The notes beneath the pieces were generated by a model. The model saw only the letters and a program-made list of their open reading frames with translations. It was not told where the DNA came from and ran no database searches. Position numbers and translations under genes: made by a program. Shown piece by piece: positions 48,863 through 59,251 of a DNA stretch of 64,000 nucleotides. The first letter of the stretch is position 1. The number at the start of each line of letters is the position of its first letter. The stretch lies in the NCBI GenBank assembly GCA_021817345.1, contig JAKAVC010000134.1, positions 4,311 to 68,310 of the forward strand, written 5' to 3'. The DNA comes from Deltaproteobacteria bacterium. Lineage in GTDB: Bacteria > Desulfobacterota > Binatia > Binatales > Binataceae.

Positions 48863-50185
48863 ATGATGAGGCGCTCATCTCTTTTGCTCCTGCTTGCCGC
48901 GTTCGTGGCGATAACCGCGACGCCGTTCACCGCCCGGGCGCAGATCAAGATGCAGATCATCGGACCGGGCTCACATCTTTCGCCGATCGCGGTCTCGGCG
49001 CTGAAAAACCTGGGCGGTGACGATCGGCACGGCGTCTCCAGCGAGTTCGACAGTATCCTGTCGCACGATCTCGAACTCTCGGGTTACTTCCGCCTGATAA
49101 GCCCCAAGGCCTTTATCGAGGATGCGCAGACCTCGGGCTACGATCTCGGGCAGTTCAACTTCGCCGATTGGCGTTCGATCAACGCCGATTTCCTGGTCAA
49201 GGGCGCGGTCAAAATTGACGGCAATCAGGTCCAGTTGACCGCGCTCTTGTTCGACGTCGCGCAGCAGCGCCGGATGATGGGAAAGAGCTTCACCGGCCAG
49301 CTCTCGGAGGTGCCCAGGATGGCGCGTCGCTTCGCCGACGCGCTGCTCAAAGCCACCACCGGCATCGAAGGCCCGTTCGATTCGAGACTCGCCTTCGTAT
49401 CGACCCGCGGCGGACGTTTCAAGGAAATCTATCTCCAGTCGATCGACGGCCATGGGCTTTTCCGCCTCACCGACAACCCGACGATCAACCTGTTTCCCGC
49501 CTTCGACCGCAGGCACGAGGTGCTCTATCTGTCGTACAAGACGATGATGCCCGCGCTTTACCTGGCCAATCCGGCCACCCGGCGCGAAGTGCGTATCGTG
49601 TCAACGCGCGGCAAGATGGTGGGCGGGGCGATCTCGCCCGACGGGCACCTGATCGCGGCCGCGATCGAGCACGCTGGCGCGACCAATCTCTTCCTGCTCG
49701 ACCGCGGCGGACAGGAGTTGCGTCGGCTCACCGATACCAACGGCATTAATGTCAGCCCGGCTTTTTCAAGCGACGGCCGGATGCTCGCGTTCACCTCGGA
49801 CCGCTCGGGCACTCCGCAGATTTACGTGATGTCGGTCGCGGGCGGCGGCGCGCGCCGCGTCACCTACAAGGGCAATTACAACACCACGCCGGCCTTTTCC
49901 CCCGACGGTAAGTTTATCGCCTACGAAAGCCGCGACGGCGGGCACTTCGACGTCTGGATCGTGGGCGTGGACGGCAGCGACCCGATCAATCTGACCCACG
50001 GAGTCGGCTCGAGCCAGTATCCGGCGTGGTCGCCCGACGGACGATACATAGCTTTCAGTTCGACCAGGAACGGAAACTCGCACATCTATCTATTGCAGGT
50101 TGCAACTCAAACGGTCATTTCTGCTTTGACGGAGGGTAACGGTAATGATTCCTGTCCCGCGTGGTCGTGGTGGCTGGGAGATTAG
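48863..50185 (+). CDS. tolB: Tol-Pal beta-propeller protein TolB
   Basis: Signal peptide, DLELSGYF and PD40 repeats (PAFSPDG, PAWSPDG). Confidence 0.93.
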   Translation: MMRRSSLLLLLAAFVAITATPFTARAQIKMQIIGPGSHLSPIAVSALKNLGGDDRHGVSSEFDSILSHDLELSGYFRLISPKAFIEDAQTSGYDLGQFNFADWRSINADFLVKGAVKIDGNQVQLTALLFDVAQQRRMMGKSFTGQLSEVPRMARRFADALLKATTGIEGPFDSRLAFVSTRGGRFKEIYLQSIDGHGLFRLTDNPTINLFPAFDRRHEVLYLSYKTMMPALYLANPATRREVRIVSTRGKMVGGAISPDGHLIAAAIEHAGATNLFLLDRGGQELRRLTDTNGINVSPAFSSDGRMLAFTSDRSGTPQIYVMSVAGGGARRVTYKGNYNTTPAFSPDGKFIAYESRDGGHFDVWIVGVDGSDPINLTHGVGSSQYPAWSPDGRYIAFSSTRNGNSHIYLLQVATQTVISALTEGNGNDSCPAWSWWLGD

Positions 50186-50717
50186 GACCAATGGCGTTCT
50201 CAGGTTCGCGGCGCTGATTCTGGTATGCGCGGCGTTTGCCGCCTCGGGATGCTCGTCTTCGGTGAAGAAGACCCCGGGCCTCGGTGCGGGCGCCGGCGCG
50301 GGCGCCGGAATGGGCGAAAGCAACCTCGGCAACAAGGGCTCGCTTGCACAGTTCAAGAAGGGAGAGCTCGGCGCCGGCGAGGGCGGACCGCTCAGCGATA
50401 TCCATTTCGCGTTCAACCAGTACACGATTGAGCCCCAGGACGACTCCGTGCTGAAGGCGAACGCCCAGTGGCTCGAAGCCCATCCCAACACCAACGTCCA
50501 GGTCGAAGGACATTGCGACGAGCGCGGCTCCGAGGAATACAACATCGCACTCGGTGCAAAGCGCGCCCAGTCGGCCAAGGATTACCTGGTAACGCTCGGA
50601 ATCGCCCCGAGCCGAATCTCCACGATAAGCTACGGCAAGGAGCTTCCGCTCTGTACCGAGCATACCGAGGAGTGCTGGGCGCGCAACCGGCGCGACCATT
50701 TCGTGGTCTCTCAATAG
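50145..50717 (+). CDS. pal: peptidoglycan-associated lipoprotein Pal
   Basis: Lipobox ASGC; motifs EGHCDERGSEEYNIALG, SYGKE and NRR; GGAGG before ATG 50145. Confidence 0.95.
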   Translation: MIPVPRGRGGWEIRTNGVLRFAALILVCAAFAASGCSSSVKKTPGLGAGAGAGAGMGESNLGNKGSLAQFKKGELGAGEGGPLSDIHFAFNQYTIEPQDDSVLKANAQWLEAHPNTNVQVEGHCDERGSEEYNIALGAKRAQSAKDYLVTLGIAPSRISTISYGKELPLCTEHTEECWARNRRDHFVVSQ

Positions 50718-50720
50718 GAG

Positions 50721-51593
50721 ATGCCCGTGCGCATACGCTCTCTGATACTTGGCGCGACGCTGATGGCCGGACTCGGAGCGCTCTCCGGGTGCGCTCCGAG
50801 TTCCAATGACCTTCAGCAGCTCAACCAGAACCAGTTTGTCCTGCGCGGGATGATCGCCAGCGACCGCCAGCAAATCGACGCGCTCCAGCAGCAGGTGCGC
50901 AGTCTTCAGGGTGAAATAGCCCAGATTCAGCACACCGGAGCGGGTGTCGGCGCAAGCGGCGGGCAGATTGCCGCGCTCAACAAGCGCATCGCGAAGCTCG
51001 AGTCCGAGGTCGGCGCGCTGCAGGCCGCGATGCCGACGATTCCGCCGGCACCCGGAACGACCCCGGGCACCACAACCGGGGCGGCGACTACGGGCGCGAC
51101 AACCGCGGGCGTCGCGCCGCCGACTCCTTCCGCAGCGCCTTCGGAACTTCAGCCGACCTGGCCGAGCGAGCTCGAACAGGAACTGGCGGCGGCCAAGGAC
51201 CAGCGCGGCGCGGGCGTGGCGCTGTTTCGCGCAGGGCTCACCGACATGAAGAGCGGACGCTATCCGGCGGCGGTGCTCAAGTTCGCGCAATTCCAGCGCA
51301 AGTATCCCAAGTCGCCGCTTTCAGAGCCTGCGGAATACTTCGCCGCCAACGCCCTTTACGAAGAAGGCAAGTTCGACCGCTCGATCCTTCAGTTCAACGA
51401 CCTCGTGATGCGCTTTCCGAGCGGCAAGTACGCAAGTCAGTCGCTGCTGCGCGAAGCGCAGGCTTTCATGAAGCTCAACGACAAGATCGACGCGCGCCTC
51501 ACCCTGCAGAAGCTGCTCTCCGACCATCCCGGAACCCCGCAGGCGACCGCCGCGAACACCCTGATGAAGCAGCTTGCGGCGAGCGCCGACTGA
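50721..51593 (+). CDS. cpoB: Tol-Pal TPR protein CpoB/YbgF
   Basis: Lipobox LSGC, coiled coil and C-terminal TPRs; directly follows pal. Confidence 0.83.
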   Translation: MPVRIRSLILGATLMAGLGALSGCAPSSNDLQQLNQNQFVLRGMIASDRQQIDALQQQVRSLQGEIAQIQHTGAGVGASGGQIAALNKRIAKLESEVGALQAAMPTIPPAPGTTPGTTTGAATTGATTAGVAPPTPSAAPSELQPTWPSELEQELAAAKDQRGAGVALFRAGLTDMKSGRYPAAVLKFAQFQRKYPKSPLSEPAEYFAANALYEEGKFDRSILQFNDLVMRFPSGKYASQSLLREAQAFMKLNDKIDARLTLQKLLSDHPGTPQATAANTLMKQLAASAD

Positions 51594-51600
51594 ACCGTCG

Positions 51601-52524
51601 ATGGAGATAATCCGCAATCTGGAAGGCTTCCAGCGCCATCCCTGTCCGGTGGTGGCGTTGGGCAACTTCGACGGCGTCCATCTTGGTCATCGCGCGATTC
51701 TCAAGACCGCGATGGAACGGGCGCGCGCGGCGGGTGGAACCTCGTTCGCGCTCACCTTCGATCCTTTGCCGGCCAAGCTGCTTTCGCCCGACAAGGCTCC
51801 GCCGCTCCTGATGACTTCGGAGGACAAGATAGAGGCGCTCCGCGTATCGGGACTTGACGGGGTTATCGTGCTCGACTTCACGCGCGAACTGAGCCTGCTC
51901 ACTCCGCGCGAGTTCGTGCGCGAGTACCTGGTCGGCAAGCTCGGCGTGCGCGAGGTGGTGGTCGGCCATAGCGTGAACTTCGGCCACAACCGCGCCGGCA
52001 ACGCGAGCGTGATGGTCGAACTCGGAGGCGAATTCGGATTCGACGCGACGGTGGTCGGGCCGGTCAAGGTCGCCGGGATGGAAGTCAGCTCGACCAAGAT
52101 AAGGCAGCTCATAGCCGACGCCGATCTCCGCGGCGCGGCACGCCTGCTCGGGCGATACCATTTTCTGCGCGGCGTGGTGGTTCACGGACGCGAGCGCGGA
52201 CGGAAAATCGGTTTTCCCACCGCCAATCTGGAAAGCGAAACCGAATGCGTCCCGCCCGACGGAGTTTACGCGGCGCGGATGGTCCTGCCCGACGGGACTT
52301 ACCCCTCGATTACCAATATCGGGATGCGTCCGACGTTCAACGAGACCACCCGTTCAATCGAGTCGCATATCTTTGACGTCAATCGCGACCTTTACGGCCA
52401 GCGCGTCAAGCTCGAGATCGTCGAGCGCGTTCGCGGCGAGCGCAAGTTCGACTCCGCCGAGGAACTGGCCAGGCAGATCGCGTTCGACGTGGACAACGTC
52501 AAGAAAATTCTGGCCGCCGCCTAG
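51601..52524 (+). CDS. ribF: bifunctional riboflavin kinase / FAD synthetase
   Basis: Motifs LGNFDGVHLGH, SSTKIR, GRKIGFPTAN and NIGMRPT. Confidence 0.96.
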   Translation: MEIIRNLEGFQRHPCPVVALGNFDGVHLGHRAILKTAMERARAAGGTSFALTFDPLPAKLLSPDKAPPLLMTSEDKIEALRVSGLDGVIVLDFTRELSLLTPREFVREYLVGKLGVREVVVGHSVNFGHNRAGNASVMVELGGEFGFDATVVGPVKVAGMEVSSTKIRQLIADADLRGAARLLGRYHFLRGVVVHGRERGRKIGFPTANLESETECVPPDGVYAARMVLPDGTYPSITNIGMRPTFNETTRSIESHIFDVNRDLYGQRVKLEIVERVRGERKFDSAEELARQIAFDVDNVKKILAAA

Positions 52525-53405
52525 CCGAGGCGCGCCGCTGCCTCGACCCATTCGCGAGCGAGCCGTTCAACGTGCCCGGCCACCTCCGAGGCCTTCTCGG
52601 GCAGGTTCGAGAGCATCACGAGTTCGTTCACGCCAAGCTCATGGTAGCGCTTCAGATCGTCGGCGGTGATTCGCTGCGTGTAGGGCGAAACAATAATCTC
52701 GACGTCGGAGAGTCTGCGCCCATTCTGTTCAAGCAGCGACTTTAGTTTCGCGATCTTCTCCTTCGCCTCGGCGGGATTCAGGTTGAAGCCGTACCATCCG
52801 TCGCCGTACTCGGCGCATCGCCTGAGCGCGGGCGTGCTCTCGCCGCCGAAAATTATCGGAAGCTTTCCGCCCTGCGGCGGGCGCGGATAGCTGCCCGCGT
52901 TGTCGAAGTTGACGAACTCCCCGTGAAACGATGCGACGCCCTCGGCCCACAGCTTGCGCATCGCGGCGATGTACTCGCGCGTCCGCTGGGCGCGGCGCTC
53001 GAACGGAATCCCGAGCGCGTCGAACTCCTCCTTCGACCATCCGATTCCCACCCCGAGCGCGAACCGTCCGCCCGCGAGGCGGTCCAGCGTCGCGATCTCC
53101 TTGGCAAGAATCAGCGGATTGTGCTCCGGGACGAGACAGATTCCCGTGGCGAGGCGAATCTGCCTGGTGCAGGCGGCGGCGTAGGTCAGCGTGATGAACG
53201 GGTCGGTCCAGTCGGCGTCGGCGCCGAGCGGAAACTGGCCGTTCTCCGCGTAAGGATATTTCGAGTCTCTGCGATCGAAGAGCACGACGTGCTCGGGCGC
53301 CCATAGCGTTGCGAAACCGGCGCGCTCGGCGCTCTCGGACGCCGCGCGGATGTTTTCGGGATAGGTTCCCGGCCCGATCCCAAGCGCAAACAGTCCAATC
53401 TTCAT
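52521..53405 (-). CDS. LLM-class (probably F420-dependent) oxidoreductase
   Basis: Motifs GFATLWAPEH, DPFITL, AKEIATLDRLAGGR and YGDGW. Confidence 0.87.
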   Translation of the reverse strand: MKIGLFALGIGPGTYPENIRAASESAERAGFATLWAPEHVVLFDRRDSKYPYAENGQFPLGADADWTDPFITLTYAAACTRQIRLATGICLVPEHNPLILAKEIATLDRLAGGRFALGVGIGWSKEEFDALGIPFERRAQRTREYIAAMRKLWAEGVASFHGEFVNFDNAGSYPRPPQGGKLPIIFGGESTPALRRCAEYGDGWYGFNLNPAEAKEKIAKLKSLLEQNGRRLSDVEIIVSPYTQRITADDLKRYHELGVNELVMLSNLPEKASEVAGHVERLAREWVEAAARLG

Positions 53406-53602
53406 TTGTCTTCTCTCCCTGAACGGTCTTGCTAACACAGCGCACGCATCGTCGGCAAAACGCCAACCGGCTTTGCCGGTGAAAGACGTTTGAAGGAAGT
53501 GCCAGGGACGTTCGGACCCTGCGGTAAAGCGAATCCCTATCGGATAGACTTAGCCCTCGGGGCAAGGGCAAGATAACCGATGCGCGCCTTGCGCCGTGCC
53601 TG

Positions 53603-55585
53603 ATGGAATCTGAGACCTCATCGTATCCTTCGTCCGCGCAAACCGGCCTCGCCGGGCTTCGCGTTATCGCGTTCGAAAGCCGGATGGCCGTGGAAGTGGC
53701 CAGGATGCTCGAAGCGCGCGGCGCGTCGGCGACCGTTGCGCCCGCGATGCGCGAAGTGCCGCTGGAAGACAATCGTTCGGCGCTCGATGCGGCCGACCGG
53801 CTGGTCGCGGGCGAATTCGACGTGGTAATCCTGCTGACCGGAGTCGGCGTGCGCGCGATGTTCCACGTAATGGAGGCGCGCCATCCGCAGGCCGTGCTCG
53901 TCGCCGCGCTCAGCCGCGCGGTCACCGTCGCGCGCGGGCCGAAACCGGCCAAGGCGCTTCGCGATCTGGGCGTCGAACCAACCGTCGTCGCGCGCGATCC
54001 GAGCACCTGGCGCGAGCTGCTCGGCGCTCTGACCGCTCACGTGAAGCTCGAAGGAAAACGCGTCGCGGTGCAGGAGTACGGCGTTCCAAACCGCGATCTC
54101 CTCGCCGGACTGGAAGCGCGCGGCGCCAACGTCACGACGATTCCAGTCTATCGCTGGACGCTGCCCACGGATCGCGGGCCGCTCAAGGCCGCCCTTCAGG
54201 CGCTCGCCCGCGGCGAGGCCGACGTCGCCATCTTTACCAGCGCAAGCCAGGTAGCCAACGTGATGCAGGTCGCCGAGGCCGAGGGAATCGGCGAAGAAGT
54301 CCGCCGCGGCCTCGGCGCAATCGCGGTCGGCTCGGTCGGCCCGGTCTGCTCCGAGGAACTCCGCTCGCACGGTATCGAGCCGGACTTCGAGCCGGCGCAT
54401 CCGAAACTCGGCCATCTGATAAAGGAAGCCGCAGAGCGAAGCCGCGAAATCCTCGCGCGAAAACGCGCGGGCGGCGCAGTTATCGTGCTTACGGCCGAGC
54501 CGGTCTCACGACGCGCGGCGCTTTCGCAGAGCGAGCCGCGCTCGCCGAGGTGGGACCATCCGATGATGAAGGCGTGCCGGCGCGAGCCCGTGCCGTACAC
54601 TCCCATCTGGCTGATGCGGCAGGCGGGGCGTTACATGCCCGAGTATCGCCGCATCCGCGAAAAGCACGGCTTCCTGGAGATGTGCTCGAACCCGGAAATC
54701 TCCGCCGAAGTAACCACGTTCGCCGTCCAGCGCCTCGGCGTGGACGCGGCGATTATCTTCGCCGATATACTGTTGCCGCTGGTGCCGATGCGCGTCGGGC
54801 TTCATTACGAAAAGGGCGACGGCCCGCTTATCGATCGCCCGATTCGCTCCGCCGCCGACGTCGAACGCATTCCGCCCGTTGACGTAGCGGAGCTTGGCTT
54901 CATCGGCGAGGCGATAAAGATGGTCCATTCGGAGCTTGGCGGAAAGACGCCAGTGATAGGATTCGCCGGCGCGCCGTTCACGCTCGCCTCGTACCTGATC
55001 GAGGGCGGTGCGTCGCGCCAGTACCAGGCGACCAAGACTCTCATGTACACCCAGCCCGAGACGTGGCATCGCCTGATGGAAACTCTCGTCCGGGTCACGG
55101 CCGACTATCTCAACATGCAGGCCGCGGCGGGCGCCGACCTGGTGCAGATTTTCGACAGTTGGGTCGGAAGCCTCGGCCCCGACGACTACCGCCGCTTCGT
55201 CCTGCCGCATACCGCCGCGCTGATCGCGGCAATCAAGCCTGGAGTTCCCGTGATTCACTTCGGCACGATAACCGGCAGCCTGCTCACCGAGATGCGCGCC
55301 GCCGGAGGCGACGTCATCGGACTCGACTGGCGCGTCGATCTCGCCGAAGCATGGGCCCGGCTCGGCTACGACGTCGCGGTACAGGGCAATCTCGATCCGA
55401 TCGTGCTCTTCGCCGACATCAACGAAATCCGCGCGCGGGCGCGCGCAATTCTCGACAAGGCCGCCGGGCGCCCCGGGCATATCTTCAATCTCGGTCACGG
55501 TATCCTGCCCGAGACGCCCGTCGATCATGCGATTGCGCTGGTCGATGCGGTCCATGAGATGAGCGCGAGGACGCCGGCACGATGA
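53603..55585 (+). CDS. hemE: fused uroporphyrinogen-III synthase (HemD) / uroporphyrinogen decarboxylase (HemE)
   Basis: N-terminal HemD motifs (LLTGVG, ARGPKP, PVYRW, FTSASQV, VGPVCSE) and C-terminal HemE motifs (PIWLMRQAGRY, IFDSW, FNLGHG) in one ORF. Confidence 0.92.
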   Translation: MESETSSYPSSAQTGLAGLRVIAFESRMAVEVARMLEARGASATVAPAMREVPLEDNRSALDAADRLVAGEFDVVILLTGVGVRAMFHVMEARHPQAVLVAALSRAVTVARGPKPAKALRDLGVEPTVVARDPSTWRELLGALTAHVKLEGKRVAVQEYGVPNRDLLAGLEARGANVTTIPVYRWTLPTDRGPLKAALQALARGEADVAIFTSASQVANVMQVAEAEGIGEEVRRGLGAIAVGSVGPVCSEELRSHGIEPDFEPAHPKLGHLIKEAAERSREILARKRAGGAVIVLTAEPVSRRAALSQSEPRSPRWDHPMMKACRREPVPYTPIWLMRQAGRYMPEYRRIREKHGFLEMCSNPEISAEVTTFAVQRLGVDAAIIFADILLPLVPMRVGLHYEKGDGPLIDRPIRSAADVERIPPVDVAELGFIGEAIKMVHSELGGKTPVIGFAGAPFTLASYLIEGGASRQYQATKTLMYTQPETWHRLMETLVRVTADYLNMQAAAGADLVQIFDSWVGSLGPDDYRRFVLPHTAALIAAIKPGVPVIHFGTITGSLLTEMRAAGGDVIGLDWRVDLAEAWARLGYDVAVQGNLDPIVLFADINEIRARARAILDKAAGRPGHIFNLGHGILPETPVDHAIALVDAVHEMSARTPAR

Positions 55586-56502
55586 GCGCGCGTATCGACG
55601 CCGTGATGCTCGTCGGGTTCGGCGCGCCGACCCGTCCCGGCGATATTCGCCCGTTCCTCGACAACCTGCTGCGCGGACGTCCCGTTCCCCGGGAGCGCTA
55701 CGAGGAAGTCGTGCGCCATTACGAAGCGGTCGGCGGCGGCTCGCCCTACAACGAGTTGACGAGGCGGCAGGCGAATGCGCTGCGCAATAGGCTCGCGCGC
55801 GACGGAATCGAAATTCCCGTCGCGGTCGGGATGCGCAACTGGGAGCCGTATGTAATCGACGCGATGCGCGAGCTTTCGCGCGCCGGCGCGCGCCGCGTTC
55901 TCGGCTTCGTCCTTTCGGCCCATCGATGCGAAGCGAGCTGGGAGCGCTATCTGGAAACCGTGCGCGCCGCGCAGGAGCAACTCGGCTCCGACGCGCCCGA
56001 GTTCGTTTATCCCGAGCCCTGGCATACCCATCCGAAATTCATCGAAGCCGTCGCGGCGCGCACGCGAGACGCGCTCGCCCGTCTCGCTCCCGCCGACGCC
56101 GCCCGAGCCCATCTGCTCTTCACGGCGCACAGTATACCGGTTGCGATGGCCGAGAAGTGCGCCTACGCGGACGAGGTCGCCGAGTCGGCGCGTCTGGTCG
56201 CGAAGGCGCTCTGGCGCGAAAAGTGGTCGCTCGCCTTCCAGAGCCGGAGCGGGAGCCCGCGCGAGCGATGGCTTGAACCCGATATCGCGCCGGCCTTGCG
56301 CGCGCTCGGCCAAAACGCGGTCGTGGTCATCCCGATCGGATTTCTCTGCGACCACCTCGAAGTGCTCTACGACCTCGACGTTGCGGCGCGCGAAATCGCG
56401 GTCGAGGCCGGCATCGTGATGGAGCGCGCGGGGACCGTCGGCGACCATCCCGTGTTTATCGAGATGATAGCCTCGTACGTCGCAAGCCATCGCGGAGCCT
56501 GA
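55582..56502 (+). CDS. hemH: ferrochelatase
   Basis: Motifs HYEAVGGGSP, LFTAHSIP, WLEPD and GFLCDHLEVLYDLD. Confidence 0.94.
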   Translation: MSARIDAVMLVGFGAPTRPGDIRPFLDNLLRGRPVPRERYEEVVRHYEAVGGGSPYNELTRRQANALRNRLARDGIEIPVAVGMRNWEPYVIDAMRELSRAGARRVLGFVLSAHRCEASWERYLETVRAAQEQLGSDAPEFVYPEPWHTHPKFIEAVAARTRDALARLAPADAARAHLLFTAHSIPVAMAEKCAYADEVAESARLVAKALWREKWSLAFQSRSGSPRERWLEPDIAPALRALGQNAVVVIPIGFLCDHLEVLYDLDVAAREIAVEAGIVMERAGTVGDHPVFIEMIASYVASHRGA

Positions 56503-56508
56503 AACCCG

Positions 56509-57963
56509 ATGGGATCGAATCCGCCTCCTTCGGGAAGGAATTTGCCCCACGTCGCGATTATCGGCGGCGGAATCGCGGGACTTGCGGCCGCCTACCGGCT
56601 TCGCGAACTTGCCGCGGCGCACGAAACCCCAATTCTGACCACGGTGCTCGAGCGCGAGGAGCGCGCCGGCGGCTCGCTCTCGACGATACGGCGCGACGGC
56701 TTCGTGATCGAAACCGGCGCCGACTCGATGCTCACGGAAAAGCTGTGGGGACTCGCCCTTGTGCGCCGCCTCGGGCTTGAATCCGAGTTGATCCCGACCC
56801 GCGAGGAATTCCGCAAGACCTACGTCGTGCGCGCGGGACGGCTGGTTGAAATTCCCGCCGGCTTCACGCTGCTTGCGCCGACCCGCGTCGTTCCGATCCT
56901 GCTGAGCCCGCTTTTCTCGCCGCTCGCGAAGTTGCGCATGGGACTGGAAGTCTTCATCCCGGCGCGCCGTAGCGACGAGGACGAAAGCCTCGGCTCGTTC
57001 GTTAGGCGCCGCTTCGGGCGCGAGGTGCTCGAGCGCGTCGCGCAACCGCTCGCGGGCGGGATCTACACCGCCGACCCGGAGAAACTGAGCCTTAGGGCCA
57101 CGATGCCGCGATTCCTGGAGATGGAGCGCCGCTACGGCAGCGTGATACGCGGGATGCGCGCTGCGGAATCCGCGCGGGCGGCGCGCAGCCAAAGCGGCAC
57201 CAGCGGCGCGCGATGGGGCCTGTTCGCGAGCTTTCGCACCGGGATGCAGGCGCTTGCCGACGCGCTGATTTCGCGGCTCGAAGACTCGGTCCGATCGCGC
57301 GTCGAAGTCTCCGCGCTTGCGCGCGAAGGCAAAGGATGGGTCGTCGAGACCGCCGATGGCCAGAGACTTCGCGCCGACGCGGTGATTATCGCCGCGCCCG
57401 CCCACGTGGCGGCGCGCCTTCTCGGACAAATCCATCCCGAGCTTTCGGCGACACTCGCGCGAATCGAGTATTCGTCGGCCGCAACCGTCAATCTCGCCTG
57501 GCGCAACGAGGATTTTCCGCGGCGTCCCGATTCGTTCGGCTTCGTGGTGCCGGCGGTTGAGCGGAGAAAGATAATCGCGGGCAGCTTTTCCAGCCTCAAG
57601 TACGAGCATCGCGCACCCGACGGTTTTATCCTCGCCCGCGCGTTTTTGGGTGGCGTGCTGCAGAGCGCGATGATGGAACTCTCGGACGACGAGATGGTCG
57701 CCGCGGCCCGCGACGAGTTCCGCGCGCTATTGGGCGTCGAGGCCACGCCGGTTCTTAGCGAGGTCCGCCGATGGCCGCGCGCGATGCCGCAGTATGAGGT
57801 CGGCCATCTGGAACGCGCCGACGCGATCGATCGCCTGGTCGCTTCGATGGACGGTCTTGGGCTTGCAGGCTCGGCCTATCGAGGGGTTGGCGTTCCCGAT
57901 TGCGTGCACGGCGCCGAGCAGGCCGCCGAGAATATCTTCGCGCGGTTGACGGCGCGCGCCTGA
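56509..57963 (+). CDS. hemG: HemY-type proto/coproporphyrinogen oxidase
   Basis: Motifs IIGGGIAGLAAA, ETGADS, GIYTAD, MPQYEVGH and GVGVPDCV. Confidence 0.92.
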   Translation: MGSNPPPSGRNLPHVAIIGGGIAGLAAAYRLRELAAAHETPILTTVLEREERAGGSLSTIRRDGFVIETGADSMLTEKLWGLALVRRLGLESELIPTREEFRKTYVVRAGRLVEIPAGFTLLAPTRVVPILLSPLFSPLAKLRMGLEVFIPARRSDEDESLGSFVRRRFGREVLERVAQPLAGGIYTADPEKLSLRATMPRFLEMERRYGSVIRGMRAAESARAARSQSGTSGARWGLFASFRTGMQALADALISRLEDSVRSRVEVSALAREGKGWVVETADGQRLRADAVIIAAPAHVAARLLGQIHPELSATLARIEYSSAATVNLAWRNEDFPRRPDSFGFVVPAVERRKIIAGSFSSLKYEHRAPDGFILARAFLGGVLQSAMMELSDDEMVAAARDEFRALLGVEATPVLSEVRRWPRAMPQYEVGHLERADAIDRLVASMDGLGLAGSAYRGVGVPDCVHGAEQAAENIFARLTARA

Positions 57964-57984
57964 GCGTGCCGTTTTAGAGGCACG

Positions 57985-59229
57985 ATGGACGCGGTCTGCG
58001 AGATCTCGCATCCGGCGCGGGTTATCGCCCACGCCGACATGGACGCGTTTTACGCCTCGGTCGAACAGCTCGACAATCCCGCGCTGCGCGGGCGTCCGGT
58101 TATCGTCGGCGGCCGGAGCAATCGCGGCGTGGTGACCTCGGCCTCCTACGAGGCGCGCCGCTACGGCGTGCGTTCCGCGATGCCAACGGTCCAGGCGCGC
58201 CGGCTCTGTCCCGATGGAGTGTTCGTTGCGGGCCGGATGGATCGTTATGTCGAGGTCTCGCGCACTGTGCGCTCGGTCTTCGAGAGCTTCAGCCCCATGG
58301 TCGAGCCGCTTTCGCTCGACGAGGCCTTTATTGATCTTACCGGAAGCGAACGCCTGCTCGGACCGCCGCTCGACGTTGGGCGCGCGATGAAGCGCCGGAT
58401 GCACGAGGAAACGGGGCTCGTCGTTTCGGTCGGAATCGCGCCGACCAAGATGGCGGCGAAGATTCTCTCCGACATGTCGAAGCCCGACGGCCTGCTCTAT
58501 CTCGGCGCCGAGTACGTGACGGAATTTCTCGCCCCGCTCCCGGTCGAACGATTGTGGGGCGTCGGACGGGTGACGCTGAAGAAGATGCACGCGGCGGGTA
58601 TCCATACGATCGGGGAGCTTGCCGCGTCCGAGCCGGCGGTTCTAAAGGCGCACTTCGGCTCCTTCGGCGCGCATCTTCACGAGCTTGCAAACGGAATCGA
58701 CCCGCGCCCGGTAATTCCCGACTGGCAGCGCAAATCCTACGGCGAGGAAAGCACTTTCCCACGCGATCTGGAACGCGCAAGCCTCGAACTGAGGCGCATC
58801 CTGATAGCCCACGGCGAGGCGCTCGGGCGGCGGCTTCGAAGCGATCGCGTGCGCGCGCGCACGGTTACGCTCAAGCTCAAGCTCGCGCGTCCGCTCGGTG
58901 AAGGCCGCTACCCGGTTCTGACCCGCAGCTTCTCGCTCGAACGTCCTACCGACGACGGCGTCGAAATCTCGAACGTCGCGTTAGCCCTGCTCGACCGCGT
59001 GCGCGAGCCCGACCGCATCCGGCTCGCGGGGATTCATGTGCACAATCTCGAACGCTCGGAGCCGCGCCAGATGGGCCTGTTCGAGGCGTCGGCGGCGCAT
59101 CCGCGGGATTCGAAGCGCGAACGGCTTAACCAGGCGCTCGATTCGCTCGCCAAGCGTTTCGGCGAAGAGACCGTCACCCGCGGACTCGCAAGAGCCGAGC
59201 GCGCCGCCCCAACCCGCCGCGACAAGTAG
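57985..59229 (+). CDS. dinB: DNA polymerase IV (Y family)
   Basis: Motifs HADMDAFYASVEQ, ASYEARRYGVRSAMP, SLDEAF and KPDG. Confidence 0.95.
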   Translation: MDAVCEISHPARVIAHADMDAFYASVEQLDNPALRGRPVIVGGRSNRGVVTSASYEARRYGVRSAMPTVQARRLCPDGVFVAGRMDRYVEVSRTVRSVFESFSPMVEPLSLDEAFIDLTGSERLLGPPLDVGRAMKRRMHEETGLVVSVGIAPTKMAAKILSDMSKPDGLLYLGAEYVTEFLAPLPVERLWGVGRVTLKKMHAAGIHTIGELAASEPAVLKAHFGSFGAHLHELANGIDPRPVIPDWQRKSYGEESTFPRDLERASLELRRILIAHGEALGRRLRSDRVRARTVTLKLKLARPLGEGRYPVLTRSFSLERPTDDGVEISNVALALLDRVREPDRIRLAGIHVHNLERSEPRQMGLFEASAAHPRDSKRERLNQALDSLAKRFGEETVTRGLARAERAAPTRRDK

Positions 59230-59251
59230 CTCGCTTAAACCCGAGGTCTTT

